Positions 37,380 to 49,743 of a stretch of 64,000 bases of DNA are shown here, piece by piece. The DNA is taken from contig JBHGNT010000012.1 in assembly GCA_043228905.1 (NCBI GenBank), positions 9,052,001 to 9,116,000 on the forward strand. The letters are read 5' to 3'. The notes below the pieces were generated by a model. That model was not told where the DNA came from, searched no databases, and saw only the letters and a list, made by a program, of their open reading frames with translations. The position numbers and the translations under genes were made by a program. Source of the DNA: Azolla caroliniana. Taxonomy: Eukaryota; Plantae; Polypodiophyta. Within the stretch, counting starts at the first letter, position 1. Each line of letters opens with the position of its first letter.

Positions 37380-37683
37380 TGTTGAGAGACAAGCTCAACA
37401 TTGGGTATGTAAACGGGTACATAACCCAGTACGTAGACTGGGTGCGTAAAACCGTACGCAAAGTATGGTCGTGGCTGTGTTTAAACCAAGAGGCCGTTAG
37501 AACGTTATTCCTCGTAAGGAATAGTTTTGGGAGTTAGTGTAGAAGGCTCATTTATGAGCGGTCAAGTACTGGCAGTACTTGTGTGAGCCCAATAGTTGGG
37601 GCTTGTGTAAAAGGTGCTCATTGAGCACGAAATATGTATAGAGAACATACAGAGAATTATTTTGAAATAGTTTTGTAGTTTCT

Positions 37684-37743
<60 letters not shown>

Positions 37744-39735
37744 TCTCATTCTCTATGATTTATGAGTTTCACCGAACCGTCGTACTTCCGAACCGTGAAC
37801 TCTATGTTCTTACGCATACGCTTCCGCACACATATTCTTTACATGGTATCAGAGCGCGAGGGTTGAGACTCCTCTGCAGCCGACATAAAAGCTTGCGATA
37901 AAGACAGAGTTAAGTTTTTTGTTTTCGGAAAGGATAAGACAACAATATGGACAGAGGAATGGGAAACTTGCTACCAACTGAGAAGCTCGACAAGAGCAAC
38001 TACGCATCTTGGTCGTACAAGATGCACCAGTACCTGCTTGGTCATGGCTATTGTAGTTATGTCAATGGAGCTAATGATGCAACACTCGAATCGACACAGA
38101 GAGACTTTTCGGCTTGGGAACAAGCGGCAAGCAGAGTTCTTTATTGCTTCGCGTCCTGCGTGAGCGACCGACTCTTGAGCTATATTCAGGATGCTAAGAC
38201 GCCAAAGGACATGTGGGAGAATCTCAAGAGGATTTTCGCCGCTAGCACAATAGCCATGAAGCTGCAACTCAGGCAGGAGCTTAGCAATGTCCGAATGAAA
38301 GATCTGTCTGTGGCCGATTACACAACCTGAATCAAGGAGATCCGCAACTCTCTCACCTCCGTCAACGTGAATGTTGAGGAGGACGAAATGGTGCAGGTGT
38401 GTCTTGATGGGTTAGCATCAAAGTTCAGAGTGTTTCGGACGACAGTCTACACAAGGGAGATTATGCCTTCGTTCTTCGAGCTTCAGTCGATGTTGCTCGT
38501 AGAGGAAAATCACACGGGTGCGTCGACGAGTACACACACTGATAGCAAGATGTTGTACATGGAGGAAGATAGGCCCCGTGGTCGTGGCGGACAAGGCGGA
38601 TCAATGCGCAATGGAGGCGGCCAAAAAGAGCAGAACGTGCAGCATAATCGAAATGCCGGAAGTAATTCTGAACTCTCCTGAAGTAGGGGAAGCCATAGCG
38701 ATGCCGGAAGCCGTCAAGAGAAGGTTGTAACGAAATGTTGGTATTGTGGCACGAAAGGCCACAGGGAGAGCAAGTGCTGGAAGAAGAGAGCCAATTCGGA
38801 CAAAGCCGGATCGAGCGGAAGAGATGTAGGAAGGCGTCAAAAATCGCACTACGCCGAGGGCTCTGAACAAGTCGGAAGTGGATTGGGCCTAACCTTCGTA
38901 ATAAAGCACAAGGCCAATTCAATGGCCGTGAACACCTCGAAATCGAGCGAGGTGTGGTATGTTGATTCCGGAGCGTCGAATCATATGATGAGTCACGAGG
39001 AATCGTTCTTGTACTTGGAGAAATCGGAAAAGCAAGGAGTGGTCGAAACGGGAGATGACACTTCGCATACCATCGAACATGTCGGAGAAGTTCCCCTCAG
39101 CCACGTCGGGCAGAAAGAGAAACTCATGAATGTGTTGCACGTCCCGACAATAACCAAGAACCTGGTGTCGGTCGGTCAGATCGTCGATCAGGGGATGCAA
39201 GTTCGATTCACGCACCTCGGGTGCTACATCGAAGAAGAAGGCAAAGTAATCGTGCAAGGGTGTTGTGAAGGGAGGATGTTCATCCTCGACACCAATAAAG
39301 CCGGAACCGCATTGTTCGCGAAAGGACAAAAGGTCGAGTTGGACATCGATTTGTGGCACAAGCAATTCGGCCATGTTAACTTCCCACGGCTTCGTGAAAT
39401 GCAGACGGAGAACATTGTTTTCGGATTGCCAAAATTTCGGGGCCGTAATGGCCAAGTCTGCGAATCCTGCCAACTCCGAAAGCAGCACCGACTTCCATTC
39501 CCCAATGAGCGTAATCGTAGTCGAAATCCTTTGGATTTGATCCATTCGGATGTGTGGGGACCGACACAGAACGTGAGTCTCGGTGGAAGCCGTTACTTTG
39601 CAACCTTTATCGATGACTTCACACGGCATACCTGGGCGTGCTTGATCGCGAAAAAGAGCGAAGTCTTCACGTGGTTCCTAAAGGTGAAGAGCCTTGCAGA
39701 AAGGGAAACTGGATGAAAGATCAAGTGCCTACGGT
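37380..39735 (+). mobile_element. 5' half of a Ty1/copia element (LTR 37380-37843, PBS, gag, zinc knuckle, protease, pre-INT, start of INT)
   Basis: EKLDKSNYASWSYKM; KCWYCGTKGHRESKC; WYVDSGASNHM; LWHKQFGH; LIHSDVWGP; truncated at KIKCLR. Confidence 0.93.
37844..37855 (+). promoter_or_regulatory. Primer-binding site for initiator tRNA-Met
   Basis: TGGTATCAGAGC immediately after the LTR terminal ACA. Confidence 0.92.
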
Positions 39736-40619
39736 GTAGCCGAGCGGAAGAATTAGACAATCACCAAATTATAGTTTTACTTGGCAAAAGTGGCAAAGCA
39801 TAACACTATTACAAGGATGTTGATAATGAAGAAAATAATCAACCTTGGATGTTGTTTGAATGGTGGTACAACATTTTTTATGCTAAATACTAATATGTTG
39901 TATAATCATTCTATGGCATCACTTTCATGGCTCTTATCTAAAGCACATCATTGTAGGGAAGTATGAAGCAAGGTGGTGAAAAATGGTATCATGTAGTTGA
40001 GATTCCTGATTGTAATTTAGGTTCAATCCCAAAGGGGTGATATTCAATGGCTATTAGGTTCAATATTCGAGGGGTGAGGATTGGCATAAGGCACATGCTT
40101 CTCTGGTACTGTTCAACTGGAAGATAGTGTACATTTCATTCAATGCCATATATTGCACATGATATTCATAAACATTTACATAAATTTGATAAGCTTTGTA
40201 TTCTTTTTATGTGATTCCCTATAATGGATTTTTTGTCAATATGTACACAAAATGGTCCAAAGGAAGAGGAAATCATGTTTCACTTTTTAGGGTATTGGGG
40301 GTTGCAACTTAATTCAAGTTTGAAAGTAGGGATGTAGTAAATCTATTATAAAGTTGAAATGCATACTTATGTGGCCACTATGGATGTTACAACATGTTGA
40401 GCTTCTTTCCTCATGTGGATGTTCACCTCTCTTAACCACACTTCGAATGTCCATCTACCTACATAAGCAAGTAGGACAACAATGTTGTAATGGTGGTTTT
40501 ACATAAAATTAATATATTTATGTGGTTTACCCAAAGAGGTAGATTTTTAAAGTTCGCGGAAGACTAATTGTAATCTATGATACATAGAGAGATAGATTAT
40601 ATTATCATCTTCGGAGGTC

Positions 40620-40660
<41 letters not shown>

Positions 40661-42380
40661 ACACACACACACACACACACACAAGATTGAAGAGTGTTTG
40701 GGGGTGTATATGGAGTAAATGGGGTCTCCATCCTTAGGGGATCCCAAATAAAATATTTTTTCTTTTTATTGTATTATGTGTGTCTGTATATATAATTCCT
40801 AGTTTTGTTGGATCTTTCTATGAAGCCTAAGCATGTGCGATGAGGCATTATGGACACATCCAAGATTGGCCGTCAATTGTGCATATTTCGTCTGGAACAA
40901 GCTCATATGTTTGAGTTATCTCACATTACTTTATCATAACGTGTCCCTCCTCACCTTGGACCACAATTGATTTTGCTTTCCCCCACACACTGTCATTCTT
41001 GACCAACACATTATATAAATTTCCCTGATAACCATATTGTCCACACTCAATTTCAAAACCTTCTTTTGTGGTCTTAAATAATACCCTTTGTTTAGATTTT
41101 CTTTGCAAAACCTTCTTTAGTGGTCTTAAATAATGCCCTTTCTTTAGATATATTGTTATCAAATTCAAGGAATCTCCTTCACAATATGTAGGGGCTAATA
41201 CCATGGGCTGGTTGTTGCTTAATTAACCATGAGCCATCAAGAAATACGAATATTCTTTTTTTGTAAAAATAGTAACCATATGTATGTTTCTAAAGATTGT
41301 ATGGTATTTATTATTAGGACATTTCTTTCCTTTTTAATTCTTGTGACTAATTGGCCTATGCAAGGGATACAACTAATGGTATCAACTAAAAGGAACGAAC
41401 ACCATTAAATAATAGGAAATTATAGTGTCTTTTAAAGTCATGTAGGAATGTCTACATGAAAAGGCATATTGTATTTATTGTGCATTCAATGTGAACATGC
41501 AATCCTATTATTTTCTTTTTAGTGTTACTTTGCGTCATGTTTTTAAAGGAACATTTGTGCATGAACCATATTAAATAACAAGCACTCATATGTGTAATCC
41601 TAAGTAAACGAGGTTAAATTGGCCCATTTGCTACTCATAAGTACACTATCAAACACATACTCTTAAGTAGACAGTTCCATAGACATTAATCCATAAAAAG
41701 ACATCTAAAGCCAAAAATGAATCATCCATCAACAAACCAAATGTAGACATAAAAAGTTGCTAAGGCAATCAAGGTAACATGTTGATGATATTGCAGTAAA
41801 CTTATTGTTATCCTTAAGCAACTTAGCCTCATAGATCATGCCATGTAGAAACATCCTAGTCAATATCATGTAGCTATTTGTCTAGGTAGTCTAAGTGTAT
41901 CCATAGCATCTTCATAGGAATTAAGGCAAAGCTTGCAAATTGTACATATGCACATGATAAATATCTCATTAGTTCTCTTTTTTATAAGGCTCGTGAAAGA
42001 ATGTTTAAATCCATTACTTTAACTTGAGTACCCAACCAAGTGGTTTGCACACATAGGTCAACAATCAAGATGTCCATGTTATTTGTGGGTGGTGATATAT
42101 GCTGCTAGATATTGTTATGTCGTGAACATGTGGCTTGAGATAAGTGTTGAACCTTGATTTAAGAGTGGATATTGGGCTAATAAAGAAACATAAAAGTATG
42201 AACACATGACTACATGAATACATGAGTTGAATTGAGATTAAGATTATTAGCTAGAACTTAGATGGGGGTGTAAGCTTGATGCTCTTTTAATCCCCTCTGA
42301 AATTAAAACCGTCCTCTTAAGAAACAAAATGTCTCCCCAATCTCCCATTTTTTTTTGCTTGTATGGTTTCAGTTTATATG

Positions 42381-42781
42381 TGTCACAACACAATGACATG
42401 AAATAGATAGTTGGTGAGGATTGAACCTACAACCTCACATCAACAAGATGTCATGCTCAACCATTTTAATATGAGCATGCATTTTAGTATTTTATAGTCT
42501 AGCATATAATACATTTCAGAATCAAAATATTCTAGTCGTTAGTATATTCTAGAAATATTCAATCTCGGAACTTGTATAAATACTTGTAACCTCCTTGTCC
42601 CTTTCAAGGGATTCAACACCAGTCATTGACACATCAATCTAGTATTCTCGTTTCATTCCATCTTGTCTCCTTGATCTTTATCTCTATCTTCATGCTCTTG
42701 TGTCGTTCCCAGCTTCTTAAGCTCCACACTCTTAGCCCCATGATCCGTGCGTGTGAGTCTACGGTTGGTGTGTCAGTGACA
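42381..42781 (+). mobile_element. Solo LTR (Tcn1-like layout)
   Basis: TGTCAC...GTGACA termini; TSD ATATG at 42376-42380 and 42782-42786; TATA gtataaata; ttctag repeats as in LTR 18241-18650. Confidence 0.88.
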
Positions 42782-42893
42782 ATATGCTCTACATCTCAAC
42801 TTCTTTTGATATTTTACGCTTGTTTTTAATGATCATGCTTACTTTTAATGGCCACACATTAAGACTAAATAAATGCCTCTAGGAGCTAAATAT

Positions 42894-43510
42894 TGTTGTT
42901 ATTCCTAGGTCGGACTTGCCTCTAACACAAGGTGTCCCTTCGGAACATTTCACCAAAGGGTGGTTATGGTAAGGGATTCAACACTTAACAACCATAATCG
43001 GTTGTCTTCCGGTTCGGTATCTGTATTCACAACACACCTCAAGTACACACATAAGATTCATACATTGAGTGCATAATGGAATAGAATATGAAGATCCACA
43101 AGATATAATAACAAAACTTCCTTATATTAATATTCTGTCCCTTAATACATCCATACCCGGATCCTTTGATAGGTATTCGGTTCTGTGTTACAAAACGGTG
43201 CCTAATCGGCAACCGGCTACGAATCGGTCTGGATCTGGATCGGCATACCTATTCCGGATCCGTCCGTTCCTCTAATTAATAATATTATTTTATATCCGGA
43301 AACCGGCTCGTCCATTCCTCATTACATACTTGGTTGCCAACGACCAACACATGGCACGCCCGTGGGACAGTACCTTGTACGTTGAACCCACGAGTAGCTT
43401 CACTACTCTTCATCAAGTATGTCCAAAATACTCTGGTCAAGGGGTTTGAGAGGTTCCTCGCTTTGCTGCTCCCGCTCTGTTTGCTCCTCGCGCTGCTCCT
43501 CATGCTGGTC
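42894..43510 (-). mobile_element. 3' end remnant (copy D) of the extra-ORF gypsy family: ORF tail, inverted PBS, LTR 42894-43349
   Basis: ORF tail PLDQSILDILDEE*; LTR colinear with 59312-59690. Confidence 0.85.
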
Positions 43511-43560
43511 TTTTTGTTAAGGATTAGGTAATTAATTAAGGAATAATTATTACCTAATTA

Positions 43561-43613
43561 TGTGATTAAGTTAAGCGTGGAAGATTAAGTGATATGTGTG
43601 TATGTGTGTGAGA

Positions 43614-43656
<43 letters not shown>

Positions 43657-45967
43657 GGGATGAGTAAGTATATTAACTTAGCATTATCATCAACTATCAT
43701 CAAATCCAAAAACATTTATTACATGCATAGGGCAAGATTCAAACCCTATACCTCCACGTAGACAAACCCCACCCTTACCATTGTACTAACTTATCCTAAA
43801 TGTTCTAAATATAGATTTAATACATATAAGACCTTTATTTATGCCTACCTTTATTAAAAGGTAAGTCATGCATTTTTTTTAGAATACGTGAATACTTTAT
43901 TTATAAGAAAAATGTACACCAATAAAAAATGACTCGTGCACATCTAGCGAGCATGAGCACTATATTTAGGAAATAAAAGCATAGTGTAAAAAAAGCAGCT
44001 CATGCACATTTAGTGTGCATGAACACTTTAGAAAAAGCATGAAGCTATGCTTAGCCTCTTCCATCCTTATATAAGGAGGAGAGAAAGATGTATGGGTGGT
44101 TGTTGATTTTTTTACAAGGATTTTGATCAATCTAATATATTCGTGGGATTCACGATTTTTCCCATCTATTTCTCTCTTACATTCTAAGTATCAATTAATA
44201 CACTATACTCGTGGGATTCACGAGTTTCATATCTTCCTTCAAATATTTCTCGTTCTTGCAATCCATTCATAAGGAGCCTTATCTCATATTCATCTTTCTC
44301 CTAGTCCAAAACCTTAGTGGTTCCCACCCGACTCACGCAACGATCTGGAGCCGAAAGGCACGACAGCACTGTCGAGCACCGAAGCCGAGTATGGAGGAGC
44401 GGTTGTCGCAACATGCGAAGCCATATGGTTGAAGCGGCTACTTAAGGATCTGCAGGTGGAGGTATCCGATCCAACGACAATCTACTGCGACAACCTCAAC
44501 AACATCCAACTAGCTAAGAACCCCGTCTTCCATGCCCGGAATAAGCACATTGAGGTGCACTACCATTTCGTCCGTGAGCGTGTCCTCTCCAGTGAAGTTG
44601 AACTTCAGTATGTTCTGACGGATCGGCAGAACGCCAACATCTTCACCAAGCCTCTTGGTCTGGACAAGTTGTGGTAATTCTCGGGTGTGCTTGGGTTGCG
44701 TCACCTCGACGTGCCGAACTTGAGGGGGAGGGACGTTCCGGAAGACGAAGACCGCGACACCGAGTCAGATGACGAATTCGATTTCGGACCGGCTGAAGAA
44801 GCCGAGGGCGGACCCGCGAAAGATTCCGAAAGCGGACATAAGGGGAGTAGTCGAAAGAAAGAGCCGAAGCCAACCAAGGGCGAGAAGACCGAGGATGAGT
44901 TGGAGACAGCCAACTCAGACGAGAGCGAAAACTGATCGGAGGAAGCCGAGTCGGTTCGGATGTTTGATTCGGATACGTTGAATCAACCAAGGGCCAAGCA
45001 GAAGAGAAGGCAGTAGAAGAGGCGCCAACACCGCAACAGCAAGGAAGCTGAGAAGGGCCGTGTGAGCAGACAAGCCGACCAAAAGGGTCGAGGCGTGCGG
45101 AATCGAACAGGTCGAGGAGTGCGAGTGAGGCGTGAAGCCAGAAGGAATCGGGGAGAGATCCGGAAGAGCAGATGGAACCTCAAGTTGAGCTTGAGGGGGA
45201 GTGTTGAGATACAAGCTCAACATTGGCCGGATTAGCTGTGCAAGCCGAGAACCGGATCGGTTGGGGCCGATCGTTTAGGCCGGACCCATGCGTAAAACGG
45301 GTACATAAACTAGTACACAAACCGGTGCGTAACGAGAAGCCGTAGCGGTGCGTAAACCGTGAGGCCATTGGGATATTCCGTGTAGGAATATATTTTGGGA
45401 GTTAGGGTAGAGCTCAGTTATGATCATTGAAGTACGTGTCAGTACTTCTGTCAGTCCGTATGGACATGTATAAAAGTGCTCACTGAGCACATCCTATGTA
45501 CAGATTGAGTATTATTTTGAATTGTTTTTTCTGTGTGTTCTCTCTCTCTGTCTCTCCCGCGTAATGTGTATATACAAGCTCTCCATTAAACCTAGGTATT
45601 TTTTGCGTTCGATTTCCTATTGCTTCTGCATGCTATTCTTCACACTTATGAATAACACAAGATGGGGGATGAGTAAGTATATTAACTTAGCATTATCATC
45701 AACTATCATCAAATCCAAAAATACCTTCAATGAGGTATATATAGGTTTCATGTGCAAGGGTGCACATGTGCTAGGAGAATATAGGTACAATGTGTAAGTC
45801 CTATATTAAATGAGCATGGAGTGGTTGATCTACAATGTATCCCACTCAAGTACAAAATCCTATTTAAGGCTTTATGGTCAACACACTAACTAGATTCTAT
45901 CTATGTAACTACTAAGTTACATGTGTTGACTAACTAACTAAACTAAGTTGAGCTTGATCTCTCAACA
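43561..45967 (-). mobile_element. Copia-type LTR split by a ~1.95-kb insertion with a 62-bp duplication
   Basis: Minus start tgttgagagatcaagctcaac resembles the Copia LTR starts at 37380 and 45202; TATA near 45740; continues via the duplicated block to (CT)n and ...aatcaca. Confidence 0.55.
44340..45644 (+). mobile_element. 3' end of a Ty1/copia element (RNase H, acidic extension, PPT, LTR 45202-45644)
   Basis: STEAEY...KRLLKDL...HIEVHYHFVRE...NIFTKPL; PPT ttgagggggag; LTR similar to 37380-37843. Confidence 0.88.
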
Positions 45968-46650
45968 CTTTTCTATATCTGACATTTCTAGTTTCTCTTG
46001 CTCCTTCTGCTCGCGGTTCTTCTTCTATTACCTCCCGTTGCTCGTTCGACATTTGTTGGTTCTGAGCTGGCTTCTTCCGGCTACTCAGTTCTGTCTCTGT
46101 CTGACTGCGCTACTCTTGCCTCGGTTCCATTTGGTGGCTGATCCGGAGATTGTTCTTCATCACTTATGTGGATCGCTGTCGTCCTCCGCGATGCCTCCTT
46201 TTGTCGACGTTGCTGTTCGAATTGCTCGAATTGTAATTGGGTGATGGGTTGGGCATCATCTAACCGTTCTACCAGCCTTCTAACAGCAACCAATTGCTCC
46301 TCGGCCAATGATAGAAAGTCATCCAACAACTCTTCCCTGATGGTGACAATGCTTTCCGCATCCATCTTATAGAAGTGGTCATCGTCTCTTTTTCGGTTCT
46401 TTGCATCCGCTCATAGGACCTGTAATTCAGCTGCTTGTTGCGTCCACTTTGTCCACCATTCTACCGAGCTTTCGTCGATCATTCTCTTTGTTTGTTCTTT
46501 CCATGCCAGCACAATAACCCAGATTCGGTTGACCCCCAGTTTGGACCTGTCCTCGGCAACCTGCTTGTCCTCCTTTAGCTTCTTTATCAGAGTTGTGGTT
46601 GCTTGGGCCTGCGCCCCGTAATCCAACAATTGGGTCTGATAGGTCGTCTA
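45968..46650 (-). pseudogene. C-terminal remnant of the gypsy extra ORF (copy E)
   Basis: WWTKWTQQAAELQVL...MDAESIVTIREEL...LVERLDD is homologous to ORFs 58404(+) and 59852(-). Confidence 0.85.
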
Positions 46651-46654
46651 AACC

Positions 46655-48706
46655 CTATCCAGAACCATTTTTACTCTATTAAAATACTATCAAAGCCTTT
46701 GGAAGGTGGCAGATCTATAATGAAATCCATAGAAATACACTGCCATGGCTTGCTGGGAGGTGGTAATGGTTGTAGTAAGCCATAAGGATGATGCCTGGGT
46801 ATTTTGGCGCAACAATAGGTGTCACATGTGCGAACGTAATCTTCGACAAATTTTTCATGTGAGGCCACCAAAACGAAGGTTTGACCAGCTCAATGGTCTT
46901 GGCAATACCAAATGTCTAGCCATGGGGGCATCATGACAATGTTCTAACACTTGAAGTCGGGGTGATCTGTTAGGGATGTAAAGGAGATTCTTGTAGAAGA
47001 GTAAGCCATCTTGCCACTTGAAGTCCTGATAATGTTGAGATGATCCTTGAAATGTGGAGCAAGATGGACGGCTTGAACCAATGTGGGCTAAGACATCCTT
47101 AGCAAAAACATCAGAGTGAAGTTGTTGCCGAATAGTGTCAAGAAGGCTAGAATCAAGTGGCATGGCATAAATTGTTGTTGCCTGTAGCTTTGATGGCCTG
47201 AGAAAAATCTTCATTTGATTGTCAAAGGCCAGATCTCCAGGTCGAAGAGCTAGATACGAACGCCGAGACAAAGCATTTGCTTTCCCTTGTTGTTTTCCGG
47301 GGCGAAAAATGATCTTGAAATTGAAACGCGTTACAAATTGGGTCCACCGAGCTTGTCTTCTATTTAATACTCGAGTTTGAAAATATGTGAGATTTTTGTG
47401 ATCACTATAAATGATAATTTGATGAGGCGATCCTTCTAGAAAATGACACCATTGCTCGAATGAGTCGACCACAGCTAGTAACTCCTTGTCATGCACCTCA
47501 TAGTTTATCTCTGAAACAATAAATTTTTTCGAGTGAAATGCGACTGGATGAGTCTGCCCGTCCTCACGATAGGATATTCCCCAATGTGAAGTCTGACGCA
47601 TCCGCCTCACTAGTAAATGGCTTTTCGGGATCAATATGCGCTAGGATAGGTGTTGATGTGAATGCCTCTTTCAGCTCAGTAAAAGCCTTGTCCGTTTTGA
47701 TACTCCAAAAAAATTCTTGATTTTTCTTGGTGAGTTGGGTGAGGGGCAACACAATGCTTCAATAATTACGTATGAATTTGTGATAGAAGTTCGCAAATAT
47801 GAGGAAACATTAGACATCCCGAACTAAGCATGAGGGTTTCCATTCCAATATTGTTTGGACTTTTGCCGGATCCATGAAAATACCCTTGGATGAAATAGTG
47901 TATCCCAAAAATTTGACTTGTTTGCAATCAAAACTACATTTCTCAAGTTTGGGATAAAGACCATACTTTCTTAGGCGTTCAAGTACTTTCCACACATGTA
48001 TATCAGGCTCCTCTTGTGTTTTAGAGTGAATCAACATATCATCGAGGTAGATGATGAGAAAGATATCCAAGAAATCCTGAAAATGTCATTTGCCATATGT
48101 TGAAATATTGTGGGTGCATTTGTGAGCCCCGAAAGGCATGACTGTATACTCGAAATGACCATACTGAGTATGAAATGCAATTTTCCACTCATCTCCCGGT
48201 CGAATTTGAACAAGATTATATGCACCCCTTAGATCAATTTTGGTAAAATGCTTTGCCCCACCAATGTGTTCTAAGAGACTGGAGATTATAGGTAGAGCAT
48301 ACCTATTCCTTATGGTGACTTTATTTAAGCCTCGATAGTCCACGACCAAACGAAGGGAGCCGTCCTTTTTCTTCACAGAAAAGATAGGAGCACCTTTTGG
48401 AGATTTTGAATGTCGAATAAACCCATGTGTAAGATTTTCCTCGATGAATTCTCGAAGAACCTCAAGCTCAGTGGGTGATAAATTGTAAATTGGACCCCAC
48501 GGTGGCTCTTTTCCTGGTTGGAGATCAATAGGACAGTCATACGACCGATGCTTTGGAAGAACACTAGTTTTGACTTTGTCGAAAACATCAACATAGTCTG
48601 GATAGTTTATGGGAATTTGGATGTCTGAATTCCCTTGAGTGGCACTAGAAGGTGTCACTGATACTGCAAATAAGAAAAGGTCCTCCTTGCCTCCCACTTG
48701 GTGCAA
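46655..48706 (-). pseudogene. Tcn1-like chromovirus pol relic (RT, RNase H, start of INT)
   Basis: [63 protein letters not shown]. Confidence 0.92.
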
Positions 48707-48909
48707 TTATTACAATGTGATGGCTAAAATTTGATGAAAAGGAGATGGTGCATTGGTAGAACTATATTCTTCAAGAGAATAATCCTGAGTTCGATCCTTG
48801 GCAATGATATTTTCTGCTGAAGGGCACCAAATTTCCCACTTCCTCCATGTTAACTGTTTTTGGGGAAACACCTTCGATGAGCCCACAGGCTATCGGTATC
48901 AAGGGATCG

Positions 48910-49743
48910 TGTTACGTTTTTGTGAAGATTCCGGGCCATGGTGAGAAACCGGGGAATATCGGAAGAATCGGCGGGGTGCACCATGTGCACTTACCCTTGT
49001 AAAAACATGTGAATAGTAGGAATCAAGTCGGGATAGAGAATCCCATGTAAGTCGGGATTTATCCCACATTGTAACGCATCCCTCTCCTTGTTCTATAAAA
49101 GGAAGGGAGCGCTCTTTGTGAAGGGGTTGCCAATTTTGAGTTAGGAGGGTATACCACTTAGGTCTAGGGTTGGTAGAGTTCTTCCTCTTCATCTTATTCT
49201 TGTTCCCTTAGGGTTTGTACTTGGGTCTTCACCCTATTTCGTTTAGGGTTTCATCTTGTCTTCTTCTTCTTCTTCTTCTTCTGCCCCTTCGTGTCTGTTT
49301 AGGGTTTTGGCTCGGTGAAGAGCTTGTATGTTTTGTGGGGGTTTACTTCTACTCGGCCTCCTGTGCAAGACCCTGCTCGGTGCGACGAGCCCGAGAGCTC
49401 CCCCGACAGCGGCTTGGCGGCAGACTGCTGTTGTAACGTAACCTACCTTGGTCCGGCTCGAAGCCGGGGTTGTATCTCTCCCTGTAATATATATACATAC
49501 ATTCGTGTTTGTTTGTGCATATCGGTGTATTGGGTGGTGTCGGAAGCACAACCCCTTGCTTCTTGTGCATAAGAGTTGGTGACGTGCGCACGCTCTCCCT
49601 CTCCTTTGTCTCTCTCCCTCCCTCTCGTGTTCGATTGCAACCGGGTCGTGTCCGGTGTCGGTTTTCTTGGCATCCCTCTTCTCCCTCGTCCGAGACCCTT
49701 GTGGTCCCGCCCCTTCTACACGCACGCGCGTAATAACGCGACA
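48910..49743 (+). mobile_element. Probable LTR (~830 bp), family unassigned
   Basis: TGTTACG...CGCGACA ends, ctataaaagg at ~49093, several TTAGGGTTT telo-box-like motifs; no matching TSD found. Confidence 0.55.

Noticed and set aside
40730-42330. Possible decayed element or gene
   Set aside because: No recognisable motif, termini or convincing ORF; left unannotated.
37380-45644. One full-length Copia bounded by the LTRs at 37380 and 45202
   Set aside because: The LTRs are clearly diverged, there is no shared TSD, and the interval is unrelated sequence; two separate relics.
49155-49310. Interstitial telomere repeats
   Set aside because: Only isolated TTAGGGTTT motifs within an LTR-like sequence, not a tandem array.
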